Positions 24,813 to 35,507 of a DNA stretch of 64,000 bases are shown here, one piece after another; within the stretch, counting starts at the first letter, position 1, and each line of letters opens with the position of its first letter. Made by a program: the position numbers and the translations under genes. Source of the stretch: Mobula hypostoma (lineage: Eukaryota); NCBI RefSeq assembly GCF_963921235.1, contig NC_086108.1:100132001-100196000 (forward strand). Direction: 5' to 3'. The notes beneath the pieces were generated by a model. It had not been told where the DNA came from and did not search any database. It saw only the letters and a list, made by a program, of their open reading frames with translations.

Positions 24813-25644
24813 AGGCTACAAATCAGGTCAGTTTTGATCAGATGGAATGGCAAGCAGACTGCGGGGATGGAAAAGCCTACTCCTGCTCCAACTTTGTATA
24901 TCAGCAGTAGTCTCATCTTCTGACTGATCTTGCTGAGGCTTGAAGGACATTGCTCCCAGCCTGGGTCAGCATTAGCCAACAAAAGGATTAAACCTACTTG
25001 ATGTTGTTCTCATAACAGATTCATCTCTCAGCAACAGAAGTGACCACTACATTGTCCTTGTGGAGAAAAATTTCTGTCTTCAAATTGAGGACACCATCCA
25101 TCATATTCTTTAGTCAAAGGGTGGTGAATTTGTGGAATTTATTACCACAGGTCATTGTGGAGGTCAAGTTATTGGGTGTATTTAAGGCGGAGATTGATAG
25201 GTTCTTGATTGGACACGCCTTCAAAGGTTATAGGTAGAACTCTGGGAAGTGGGGCTGAGGAGAGGAAAATAAGTATCATCCATGATTGAATGGCGCAGCA
25301 GACACAATAGGCCAAATGTCCTAATTCTATTCCTATGAATTATGGTCTTATGGAATAATGTGGCACTGCTATTGTGCTAAATGGGATTGACTTGGAAACT
25401 CAGAACTAAGTTCTAAGACTGTACGGACCATTAGTAGCAGAAACATGCACCATGGTCATCTGTAACCTCATGGCCCATAGTATCCCACACCCACAACATT
25501 GGTCAAGCCAGAGGGTCTACTTGACTCATTGCAGAGTGCAGAGGTTCTTGCTGGGAGCACTCAATATAGCTGATGGCCCAACCTGGTGAAACTACAACAC
25601 ACACCACACAAGCGCCAACAACAAAAGGAGCATGCAATGAAATA

Positions 25645-26370
25645 TAGAGTCATAAAGTACTACAATACAGAAAGAAGCCCTTCGGCACCATCTAGTCCTG
25701 GTCTTCTGCCTACTCCTATCTACCTGCATCTGGACCATAGACCTCCAAACCCCTCTCATCCATGTCTTTTTAATGTTGAAATCAAACCTGCATCTACCAT
25801 TCACACTATCCTCTGAGTGAAGAAACTTCGCCTAAGATCCCCCTTGAATATTACACCTTTCACCCTAAACCTATCACCTCTAGTTCTAGTCTCATCAAAA
25901 TGAGGGAGAAAACTCTACTTAAATTTATCCTATCTATACCCACCATATTTTTACTGTATTAGATCTTCCCTCATTTTCCTGCACTCCAGGGAATAAAGTC
26001 CTAGCCTGTTCAGACTTTCCCAAAAACTCAGGTCCCCAATCCCATCATCCTTCTAATTATTCTCTGCTCCATTGAGATGTTTCCTGTAGGGAGGTGAGCA
26101 GAACTTCACAAATTACTCCAAATTTGGCCTCAGCAATATGTTATACAACTTCAAAGTAACATTCCAACTCTGGTACAAATGCCCTTATTTATGAAAGACA
26201 ATGTGCCAAAACCTCTCTTTACAACCTTATGTGATACCACTTTCAAGGAATTATAGATCTGAATACCCAAGGCCCTTTGTTCTACTGCACTCCTCAGAGT
26301 ACAATCATTCACTATGAAAGCCTTAACCTGGTCTGTCCTTCTAAAGTGCAATACCTCACATTTGTCTGCA
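25645..26370 (-). mobile_element. CR1 LINE 3' fragment
   Basis: Translates DKCEVLHFRRTDQ..VEQRALGIQI. CR1-type tail. Confidence 0.8.
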
Positions 26371-26484
26371 ACAGCTAGAAGTAGGCAATTCCACAATCAA
26401 CAAGTCTGACCTGAGATTTGCACCACCTTAGGACCAAGCCTTTAACCAATTCAGTTCATAACACTGATACCAAGAGATGGATGC

Positions 26485-26790
26485 CACAATAACATAGCAG
26501 TTGGTGTGATGTTATTACAGCCCACAGCATCAGAGTTTGGAGTTTAATCCAGCATTATCTATAAGGAATCCCTGTACATCCTCCCCATGGAATGTGTGGT
26601 TTTTCTCTGGGTCCTCCGGTTTCCTACCTCAGTCCAAAGACGTACCAGGTAGGGTAACTGGTCATTGTAAATTGTCCCGTGGTTAGGTTAGGATTAAATC
26701 GGGGGTTGTCGGGTGTTAATGGGCATTACAGCTCCAATGGCTGGAAGAGTCTATTCTGTGCTATATCTCTAAATAAGTAAAAAATAAATA
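26485..26790 (+). mobile_element. tRNA-derived SINE
   Basis: Same family as 4062-4345 (GGTCATTGTAAATTGTCCCG...GGATTAAATCGGGGG, A-rich end). Confidence 0.75.
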
Positions 26791-27317
26791 ACTAGTTCAG
26801 GGGACCTGGAGAGCAAAGGCCCTGGAAATAGACAACATTATATGACTTTAGGAAAGAAAAACTGTGTGATACAATAGTTATCTCAAACCAAGTTGTCCCA
26901 CATTGGCACCTGAAAGTTCAAAATTTAAAGTAATTTTATTATCAAAGTACTTATATATCACCATATATTACCTTGAGATTAATTGTCTTTCAGGCATTCA
27001 CAAAACAAAGAAATACAATAGAATCAATGAAAAACTACACGCAAAGACTAACAGACAGTTAATGTACAAAGGAAGACAAAACTGCAAATACAAAGAAAAT
27101 AAGTCAATAAATAAAACTGATAATATAAGCCGAAGAGTGCTTGCAAGTGAGTCTGTAGGTTGTGGACCCATTTCGGTGTTGAGGTGAGTGAAGTTGGTTA
27201 TGCTGATTCAGGAGCCTAATGGTTGAAGGGTAATAACTGCTCCTGAATGTTGTAGTGTGGGACCTAAGGCTCCTGCACCTCCTTCCCAAAGGAAGCAACA
27301 AGAAGAGAGCATGACTT

Positions 27318-27835
27318 CTCTCCTGTGGGTATATTCCCATTTGGATATGTCCATACATGGCCTCCTCTACTGTCATGATGAGGCTAAACTCAGGTTGGAG
27401 GAGCAACTCCTCATATACCACCTAGGTAGTCTCCAGCCCCTTGGTATGAACATAGAATTCTCCAACTTCCAGTAATTCCCTCCCCTTCCCTTCCCCTATC
27501 CCTATTTCACTCTGCCCCCTCCCCAGCTGCCTATCACCTCCCTCATTGTTCCACCTCCTTCTACTACCCATTGTGCTTTCTCCTATTCCTTCTTCACCTT
27601 TCCTGCCTATCCCCTCCCTGCTTCCCCTCCCCCACCCCTTTATCTCTCCCCTTACTGGTTTTTCACCTGGAACCTACCAGCCTTCTCCTTCCCACCCTCC
27701 CCCCACCTTCTTTATAGGGCCTCTGCCCCTTCCCTCTACAGTGTTGACGAAGGGTTCCGGCCCGAAATGTTGACTGATCATTTCCACGGATGCTGCCTGA
27801 CCTGCTGAGTTCCTCCGGTGTGTTGTGAGTGTTGC
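27318..27835 (+). mobile_element. 5'-truncated Penelope-like element (GIY-YIG C-terminus + pLTR) with 14-bp TSD
   Basis: MSIHGLLYCHDEAKLRLEEQLLIYHLGSLQPLGMNIEFSNF. AGAGAGCATGACTT at 27304-27317 and 27836-27849. Hammerhead-like motif at 27739-27776. Confidence 0.9.
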
Positions 27836-28153
27836 AGAGAGCATGACTTGCCTGACAAATATGGAAAATTACCCAGGGACATCCTATTCTCAAATTGCAG
27901 GACTAATCTAATCAGCCAGTTACTGCCCAGTTAGTCTGCTTTCAGTCTCGGCAAGGTGATGAAAGATGTCATGAATGGTGTTATCAAGTGGCACTTTAGT
28001 CACCAATAACTTGATCACTTATGTTCAGTTTGGGTCTCACCAGGACACCCGATTCCAAACCTCATCACATCCCTGGTTGTAATCTGGACCAAGGAGTTGA
28101 ATTCAAAAGCTGAGGTAAGATGTCCTTGAGGTCAAGGTAGCACTTTACCAAGC

Positions 28154-28378
28154 TGTTATGTTTTGTAACTTCAAACATTAACCTAATTCAAGGAAGATAG
28201 GGAAGTCTGGAATGCGGGTGTAACTTCATCTTTACTTTAAGCAAGGCTTGCACGTATTACCTGGTAGCGTGATGACGTATGCAATTCAGGTATTTATACA
28301 GATGACCCATAATAAATTATTCAAACAAACAAGAATGCTTAATCAACCATTATTTATATATATATGCGCGCGTGCGTG

Positions 28379-28444
<66 letters not shown>

Positions 28445-28509
28445 TATATATACACCCACACATATATATACACACACAAAGATTACTCATAAATATCTAA
28501 TACACAACA
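28154..28509. mobile_element. Probable solo LTR containing a (CA)n tract
   Basis: TGTTATGT...ACACAACA termini (TG..CA, 7/8 inverted). Interrupts an old LINE RT remnant (~27900-28700). No clean TSD. Confidence 0.45.
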
Positions 28510-28723
28510 TAAATGTGACATGGAAAAGCCCTGGTAAAACAAGGGAAACCTCACCAATAGTTGGAGTCATACCTTGTGCAAAGGAAGACGGCTTTTATTG
28601 TTGGAGGTTAACCATCCCAGCCATATGACATCTCTGGAGGACTTCCTCAGGACAGTGTCCCATGCCCAAACATCTGCATCTGTTCTATCAATGGTCTTCC
28701 TTCCACCATAAGACCATAAAATA

Positions 28724-29439
28724 CAGTGAAACCCCAATTTTATGTGCCCCAATTTAACGCAAATTCGGATATAACGCAATGAGTCATTGGACTCCATGTT
28801 CATGTCAATCCATACTCTTCCTTCTCCAGCCTTGTATCCCTTTTGCCAATCAACTTCCCAGCTCTTGGCTTCATCCTTCCCCCTCTTGTCTTCTCCTGTC
28901 TTTTGGGTCTCTCCCTCCCCCTCCCACTTTCAAATCTCTTACTATCTCTTTTTTCCATTAGTCCTGATGAAGGGTCTCAACCAGATGCTGCCTGGCCTGC
29001 TGCGTTCCGCCAGCATTTTGTGTGAGTCATTGGGCCTTTTTTTTTGCTCAAAATAGAACAAACTGCTAGAAAAAGAAAATCGTTTTCTGTGAAAGATAAG
29101 CTTCACGCACTTGATGCAATCAAGACTAAAAGTCAAACTCAAGTTGCATGAGACCTCGGGATACCGGAATCAACATTTCGTGGCTGGAAAGTTACGTGCG
29201 TCGCTTTGCAAAGTTGAAGAAGAAGCAGGACTAAAAGCCAAATGCCTGAAGACAGCCAAAGGTGTCAGCCTCGATGACTCCCTATACGAGTGGTTTGTTC
29301 AAGCTCACTCAGAAGCCTTCCAAAATTAATTTGTGTTTTAATTTCTACAGTAACAACAACGTTGATTTAGCGCAACCCAGCTTTTTTCGCGATGACATTT
29401 TATGGACCCAAACGATCACGTTATAATGGGGTTTCACTG
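28724..29439 (+). mobile_element. pogo/Tigger internally deleted DNA transposon
   Basis: TA-CAGTGAAACCCC...GGGGTTTCACTG-TA. Remnants RKRKSFSVKDKLHALDAIKTKSQTQVA*DLGIPESTFRGWK and SLDDSLYEWFVQ are CENP-B-type HTH sequences. Confidence 0.9.
28791..29022 (+). mobile_element. Penelope-like pLTR fragment inserted in the Tigger element
   Basis: TSD TGAGTCATTGG at 28780-28790 and 29023-29033. Core GTCCTGATGAAGGGTCTC present, GAAA half deleted. Confidence 0.8.
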
Positions 29440-29947
29440 TATAGGAACAGAATTAGGCCATTAGGCCCTTTGAGTTGGCCCCACCATTTAATCATGGCTG
29501 ATTTGTTTTCCCTCTCAACCCCATTCTCTTGTCTTCTTCCTGTAATCTTTGATGGCCTTACAAATCAAGAAACTATCAGCCTCCACTTTAAACATATCCA
29601 GTGACTTGGTCTCCACAGCTGTCAGTGACAATGAATTCCATAGATTCACCACCCTCTGGCTAAAGAAGTCCCTCCTCATCTCTGTTTTAAAGGGATGTCT
29701 TAGTACTTTGAGGCTGTGCGTCAGGGCTTAGAATTTCTCTCTAATGGAAACATCCTCTCCATGTCCTTTCTAACGAGGCCTTTCAATATTTGATAGGTTT
29801 CAATGAGATCCACCCTCATTCCTTTAAACTCCAACAAGTACATGCCCAGAGTCATCAAATGCTCCTCTTACATTAACCCTTTTGTTCCCAGAATCATTCA
29901 CATAAACCACCTCTTGGCGCCTGCCCCTCCCTCCCTCCTCCCCGCTT

Positions 29948-29950
<3 letters not shown>

Positions 29951-30039
<89 letters not shown>
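29951..30039. repeat. (CT)n microsatellite
   Basis: Uninterrupted CT run. Confidence 0.95.
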
Positions 30040-30042
<3 letters not shown>

Positions 30043-30397
30043 CCCTCCCTCCTCCATCCCATAGGATGGTAATGGTTCCTTTCAGTCAGTTAGTGGGCTT
30101 TAGGATACCCCACTCCTCAGAGAGGAACAGTGTGTGCCTGAGTGGATTTTTAGGTGAGTAGGGGGTTGCACAGATCCAGACCCACCCTCTCGACATCCCC
30201 TCCCGGATCCAGCTGCATGGTGGAGTCCAAGACGGCTGGGCGATCTTCCGTTGCAGTGAATGGCCAGACCAAGCTTCGAAGCAAGGGATGCCCTTTCTGT
30301 GCTTCACGGCACGTGTTTGCTAGATGGCCGTTGACCCTGCAAGAGGGTTCATCGAGCCGGTTTAGACGCCGACCACCCGACCATGCGACAGGTAGTA

Positions 30398-31113
30398 CAG
30401 GTCGACCTTCACTAATCCAACTACCTGTAATCCGGTTCCTTCAGTAATCTGAAACTGATTTCAAGTTTTCCGTGCAACTGTAATTTCAAATTTCCCGGGC
30501 CACCATACCAATCTGCTGCGCATTGTTTTGGTTGCGCTAGATCTGTTCACATGTTGGCGCGCTCTTGAAAGCACAGACAGGTGATTCCTGCTTGATTTCC
30601 TGCATTTACTAATATCATTTGTGTGAGGCGCGGCTGCTGGGCACCTGCCTGTCTCACCCGCCAGCGGCGGGGGAGCTGGCGGCACGCTGGGCTAGTCCGC
30701 CTTCTCGCACGCCAGCCGGCCGTCGTGCACTGCTCTCCGGCATCACCCGGCCGGCGCTCCATTCTCTTCTGCCTACGACCTCAGATCAGACCTGCTGAAT
30801 TTAAGCATATTACTAAGCGGTGGAAAAGAAACTAATGAGTAACTGCGAGTGAAGAGGGAAGTTAATTCCTGTACATTAACCTGTACCCTTTATATTATCT
30901 GTGTCTGTACAGTATATTACTCTATTAAAATTTCACTTGCTACTCATTTAATATTTCTGTTTCGTTATTATCTAACGTACTGATTTACATGATATTTTAA
31001 AGGTATGATGAGGCGGTTAGTTATTGCTTAATGTGATCCTTCCGTAATTCGGCATTTTCACTAATCCGGCACTCCTCAGGTCCCAATGTTGCGGATTATA
31101 GAAGGTCGACCTG
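30398..31113. mobile_element. pogo/Tigger-type MITE with rDNA cargo
   Basis: TA at 30396-97 and 31114-15. TIRs CAGGTCGACCTTCACTAATCC / GGATTATAGAAGGTCGACCTG (outer 13 bp perfect). Subterminal TAATCCGG-like repeats at both ends. Confidence 0.9.
30774..30861 (+). pseudogene. 28S rRNA 5'-end fragment with two internal deletions, preceded by GC-rich ITS2-like sequence (~30620-30773)
   Basis: TACGACCTCAGATCAGAC..GCTGAATTTAAGCATATTACTAAGCGGTGGAAAAGAAACTAA..AGTAACTGCGAGTGAAGAGGGAAG matches the conserved start of vertebrate 28S rRNA. Confidence 0.9.
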
Positions 31114-31507
31114 TACTGGGTTACATGGTACCAGTAGCACTCAGACGAGTGACCTGACATTAATTTCCAATAATGCCAGCACATCCTTTCTTAGATAATA
31201 GGCCCAGGATTCTGTGCAATCTGACCAATGCCTTATAAAGCCTTAGCATTACATCATTAAGGTCAGATCTTAAGATATATCTAAAAATTGCACAATAGTC
31301 AATTTCATTTGCATTTCCTCAGGCATATGAAACAGTCATTGCTTGTGCACTAAAAAACCTGGATAACAGTCAAGTATGGGCTGAGAATGGCAAGTAACAT
31401 TCACATCATAAAAATGCCAGGTAGCGGTTATCGCCAACCACAAAGGTTCTGACCACTTGTCCCCAATAATTCAATGGTATTGCCATCACTGAATCCCCAG
31501 CAGGGAC

Positions 31508-32285
31508 AGATTCAGATTCAGATTGAGAATTGGATTCTTTTATCACATGCACATCAAAATGCAAAATGAAATTTGTCATTTGCATTAACAACCAACATAC
31601 CCAAGATTGCGCCGGGGGCAGCCGGCAAGTATCATCACACAATTCAGCACCAACGTAGCATGCCCACAAAGTTCAGTAGAACCACACAAGCAATAGCAAA
31701 GCAGGTCCTTTTCCCACCCACACACACATGGATAGGCCTCTAACGCTAGGGCATACCACCTCTGGGCCTCCAGCCCTTGCCCCAGACCCACCAGTACACA
31801 GGCAACCTCTAGTGCCTAGCCCAAACTCACAGGCTCATGGACATTGAGCTTCTGATCGCCGGACAAGTGACCCAGGGGCTTCAATCTTCGGGTCTCTACC
31901 TCTGGACTTGCCAACTTCAGTCTTCAACATTCAGGCTTTATACCTCCACCCTCACTGAGCTCTGGATTTCATCCTTTGGCTTTGCCCTCCAGACCTTGCA
32001 GACCTCTGGGTAGAACCCAGGTCTCTCCATTCGCGGGTTTGACCTTTGGGCCTTGACCCTCGGACTCTATGATCATGGTTTTGACCTTTGCACCTCTAGC
32101 CCAGCACGCAGCAATCATGGGTTTGAACTTCAGGCCTCGACCCTAGGACTCTCTGATCACGGGTTTAACCTTTGGTTTTGACCCTAGGACTCTCCGGTCA
32201 CAGGTTTGATCTTCAGGCCTCAAACCCAGTACTCAGCGATCATGAGTTTGAACTTTGGGCCTCAAACCTAGGACTCACTGATTTG
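31508..32285 (-). mobile_element. VNTR-bearing element with shared SINE tail
   Basis: (GATTCA)n end and shared tail. ~42-bp tandem units such as GGGTTTGAACTTCAGGCCTCGACCCTAGGACTCTCTGATCAC at ~32035-32283. Confidence 0.65.
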
Positions 32286-32585
32286 AAATGAAGAGCAAGC
32301 TGTTGCCCATGCAACAGGCCTCTCCTCCCCATGCATCTCATGAATCCAAAGAAGTGGCAGAGACTGATACAGTTTGGCACCAGCGGTGTCGCAGGGGTTG
32401 GCCAGTCAATGTTGAACTTGACGTTGGACTGCCTCAGTGACTCCAGCTCCAGATTTTTCTTTGGGGTTTACGCCCGAAGCCTTCCCCATGAGTGGGCGTA
32501 GCAGCAAGACTGCAAAGGTTTCAGATCAGAGATATTCTTCTGGATGAGCTGCCAAACCCAGCTGATGAGCCCCATCAGCCTGAAA
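32285..32585 (-). mobile_element. Partial copy of the RTE-derived element at 20640-21213
   Basis: Shared GAAGAGCAAGC..GCAGAGACTGATACA..GACTCCAGCTC..GGGGTTTAC..GAAGCCTTCCCCATGAGTG. Confidence 0.75.
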
Positions 32586-32682
32586 TGTTATATACCACAC
32601 TACCCCAACCCCTGCTCTCCAACCACCACCCCATAGGCCTCACGCCAATACCATCAACAAATGCTAGAAGAACTTACAAGTG

Positions 32683-33108
32683 AGGCAGCAGCTATGGAAA
32701 GGAATAAACAGTTGACATATTGGGCTGAGACCCTTCATCAAGGCTGGAAAGGAAGGGGGCAGAAGACAGAATAAGATGTTGTGGGGGATAGGATGGCTCT
32801 CCCTTCCCTATCTTTCATGCTCCACTATCCTCTCAAATTAGACCCCTCCTGCTTCGGCTATTTACCTCTTCCATCTATCACCACCCAGCTTCTCACTTCA
32901 CCACCTCCCCTCCTTCCCCCTTACCTGGTCTCACCTATCACCTGCCAGCTTGTACTCCTTCCCATCCCGACACCACCTACTTCTGTATTCTGCCCCCTTC
33001 CTTTCCAGTACTGATGAAGGGTCTTGGCCCGAAATGTCAACTGTTTATTCCCTTCCATGGATGCTGCCTGACTTGCTGAGTTCCTTAAGTATTTTACGTG
33101 TATTGCTG
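32683..33108. mobile_element. Inverted pair of Penelope-like pseudo-LTRs
   Basis: Minus copy ~32683-32790 directly followed by plus copy ~32800-33108, each with a hammerhead motif. Confidence 0.8.
33006..33043 (+). ncRNA. Minimal type-I hammerhead ribozyme motif (best-preserved copy)
   Basis: CAGTA-CTGATGA-AGGGTCTTGGCCC-GAAA-TGTC-AACTG: helix I CAGT/ACTG, CUGAUGA core, helix II, GAAA, vestigial helix III, GUC cleavage triplet. Confidence 0.75.
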
Positions 33109-33196
33109 ATGGTATTTGTGTGAGGGCTACAGGGTGGTGGTTGGAGGGGGTATGTACAGCAGAGCAGGGATTTCAGGGTAATATGGCGTATAAATT

Positions 33197-33502
33197 GTGT
33201 GAGGGCCAAGTGGTTAAGGCATTGGACTAGCGACCTGAAGGTCGTGAATTCGAGCCCCGGCCAAGGCAACGTGTTGTGTCCTTGAGCAAGGCACTTAATC
33301 ACACATTGCTCTGCGATGACACTGGTGCCAAGCTGTATGGGTCCTAATGCCCTTCCCTTAGACAACATTGGTGTCGTGGAGAGGGAAGACTTGCAGCATG
33401 GGCAACTGCTGGTCTTCCATACAACCTCGCCCAGGCCTGCGCCCTGGAGAGTGAAGACTTTGCAGGCACAGATCCATGGTCTCGCAAGACTAACGGATGC
33501 CT
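33197..33502 (+). mobile_element. Young tRNA/CORE-like/RTE-tail SINE (copy 2)
   Basis: Near-identical to the reverse complement of 6281-6590. Confidence 0.9.
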
Positions 33503-33574
33503 TTTTTTTTAGCATGTAAATACAGGGAACAGTGAGGAGGGAACATCCAAACTTAACATTGTAGCTGCAACACA

Positions 33575-33970
33575 TACACAAGAAATTCTGCAGATGCTGG
33601 AAATCCAGAGGAACACAATAGAATTGCTGGAGGAACTCCACAGGTCAGGCGTATATCAAAGGAGAGGAATAAACAGTTGATATTTTGGGCCAAGACCCTT
33701 CATCAGGACTGGTAAAAAAGGGGAAGAAGCCAAAATAAGAATATAGAGGGAGGTGTAAAAGTACGAGCTAGGAGGTGATAGGTGCGACCAGGTGAGGGGG
33801 ATAAAGTGAGAAGCAGGAAGGTGATAGGTGGAAGAGATGAAGGGCTGAAGGAGGAATTTGATAGGAGAGGAGAGTGGACCATGGGAGCAAGGTAAGGAGG
33901 AGGGGCAATAGCCAGGTGAGGAGAAGCGAAGAAGTAAGTGGGGAGCCAGAATGAGGAATGGAAAAAGAGA
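33575..33970 (-). mobile_element. Penelope-like pseudo-LTR
   Basis: Minus strand CAGTCCTGATGAAGGGTCTTGGCCCAAAATATCAACTG (33674-33711; GAAA decayed to AAAA) plus pyrimidine-rich pLTR. Confidence 0.8.
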
Positions 33971-34754
33971 GTCTGCATTTGCAGTTGGTTTGCCACACTC
34001 TGTGGACAGAACCTAGATAGGATTACACAGCACTTTATGTCTCAATTTGTGCAGGATGATCTTATTGGGTTCATACTTCATTGTTCTGTTGGGCAAACAA
34101 TTTGTTCCTGCAATCTGTTCCTATTACAAAGCATTTCAACGGCAAGCAGTTAAGCACTTTAATGACCCTTTAGCAATTCTGTGCTGTTATAAGCCTTCTA
34201 TATTGTTTTACTGTGTTTGCAGATGATTCTAGTTATGTTTTGATAGAACAAATCAAATGATGATCTTCCAATCATGGTCTGAATTGTTTCCAGATTACAG
34301 ATTGTTATTGCTACTCTGTGAGGTGCAAATTTTCTTGCTCACCACTAAATACTTATTGAAGTAAAATCAGATGCTTTTTATTTGAGCTTACGGCCTTGAT
34401 TGTATTTTCACTCACCACCAAAGCTTGTCCAGCAATGTTTCCCATTTGCCAAATTCATGTCCCGTGTATCGTTTAGGACATTTTGTATTAACAATTAGTT
34501 ACCTAATTTTCTTTAACGTAATTTTCCTCCTTTATTCACTGTTCTTACTATGCTGAGACTTCAGCTATCAAGGATGTTATCTAAATGTCCAATCCTAACT
34601 GTCATGATAGAACCTTAAGACTCAGAATGAGACCATTTGGCCCACCATGTTCTTTCTAGCCAAGGATAGAAAGCATAGAATAATAAAGCACAATACAGAC
34701 CCTTCAGCCCCTGATGTTGTGTAAGCCAATATAAACCTATTTCAAGATCAAGCA

Positions 34755-34838
34755 ACATACATCAAAGTTGCTGGTGAACGCAGCAGGCCAGGCAGCATCT
34801 ATAGGAAGAGGCGCAGTCGACGTTTCAGGCCGAGACCC
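34755..34838 (-). mobile_element. Short young Penelope pLTR insertion with TSD
   Basis: CAAGATCAAGCA duplicated at both ends. Retains GGGTCTCGGCCTGAAACGTCGACTG with CpGs intact; truncated before the CUGAUGA core. Confidence 0.8.
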
Positions 34839-35126
34839 AAGATCAAGCACTTCCTTTTTGCACAGCCAATAACACTCCATCTTTCTTAAATTCATGGGCC
34901 TATCTAAGGGTCTCTTAAATGACCCTGTTGGAACAGCCTCTACACCAAAATCACCCCTCCCCCCCTTTAGCAGTGCATTCCAGTCACCCACCACTCTCTG
35001 TGCAAAAAACCTACCTCTGATGTCTCTCCTAAACATTTCCTCCACTCAACTTAATTTAATATATTGGCTGTTGCTGCTTACAGAGAAAGACGTTGGCTGT
35101 CCACTCTAAGTCTCTCATAATCTTAT

Positions 35127-35507
35127 TATGGATGGCTGAGTGGAAATATGTCTCTATCAAAGGAGGTATAAGGCACACATTCCCTCCGCTAGCCTGCCGG
35201 TCACCCTTGGGCAAGGTGCAGCGCCTGCCTAGCCCCCCAATCAGGGTTGCGTGAAGCCGTGGGAGCAAGTGGAAGATGGTTGTATGAGCAGCTGGTGCAT
35301 ATCATATCCTGGTTATGTCACCACTGACACCAGGCAGACAATCTCTGAAGAGCATTGGTATTGGCTGGTGTCACCATCTTGTAAAGACACTTCCCAGAAG
35401 AAGGCAATGGCAAACCACTTCTGTGGAAAAGTTTGCCAAGAACAATCTTGGTAATGGAAAGACCATGATCGCCTATGTCATATGACACACCACATAATGA
35501 ACCAGCG
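35127..35507 (+). mobile_element. RTE-dependent non-autonomous element
   Basis: TSD AATCTTAT (35119-26, 35508-15). BovB-like GAAGGCAATGGCAAACCACTTC. The 3' end matches the RTE tail at 61340-61385. Confidence 0.8.

Larger units (their letters stand above)
30058..31160 (-). mobile_element. Non-coding retroposon (probably RTE-derived), interrupted by the MITE at 30398-31113
   Basis: GC-rich insert that splits the CR1 and is continuous across the MITE (GACAGGTAG-TA-CTGGGTTAC). Family assignment is inference. Confidence 0.5.
28707..31255 (-). mobile_element. CR1 3' fragment hosting multiple nested insertions
   Basis: CATAAGACCATAAAA|...|TAGGAACAGAATTAGGCC tail is split by a Tigger element. The body breaks at AACCACCTCTTGG (~29917) and resumes at AATGCCAGCACATCCTTTCTTAG (~31172). 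Confidence 0.8.

Noticed and set aside
29050..29329. Domesticated TIGD/CENP-B-like host gene
   Set aside because: In-frame stop, frameshift, no DDE domain, and bounded by TIRs with TA TSD, so it is a transposon remnant.
29803..30072. ORFs with (SL)n/(RE)n runs, and HT/CV-repeat ORFs at 28248, 42877-43467 and 48003-48334
   Set aside because: Translations of (CT)n and (CA)n/(TG)n microsatellites.
30774..30861. Functional 28S rRNA gene
   Set aside because: Only ~90 nt, with deletions, inside a transposon. No 18S, 5.8S or remaining 28S sequence.
31860..32285. CRISPR-like array
   Set aside because: Degenerate head-to-tail ~42-bp minisatellite with no unique spacers, in a eukaryotic context with no cas genes.
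33197..33270. tRNA genes (also ~6520-6590 and ~45382-45450)
   Set aside because: These are SINE heads continuing into shared bodies, two with TSDs. No proper acceptor stem or terminator.
33045..33641. 198-aa ORF and similar peptides at 6209-6653 and 45303-45792
   Set aside because: Chance reading frames through copies of the same SINE. The shared peptide reflects repeat identity.
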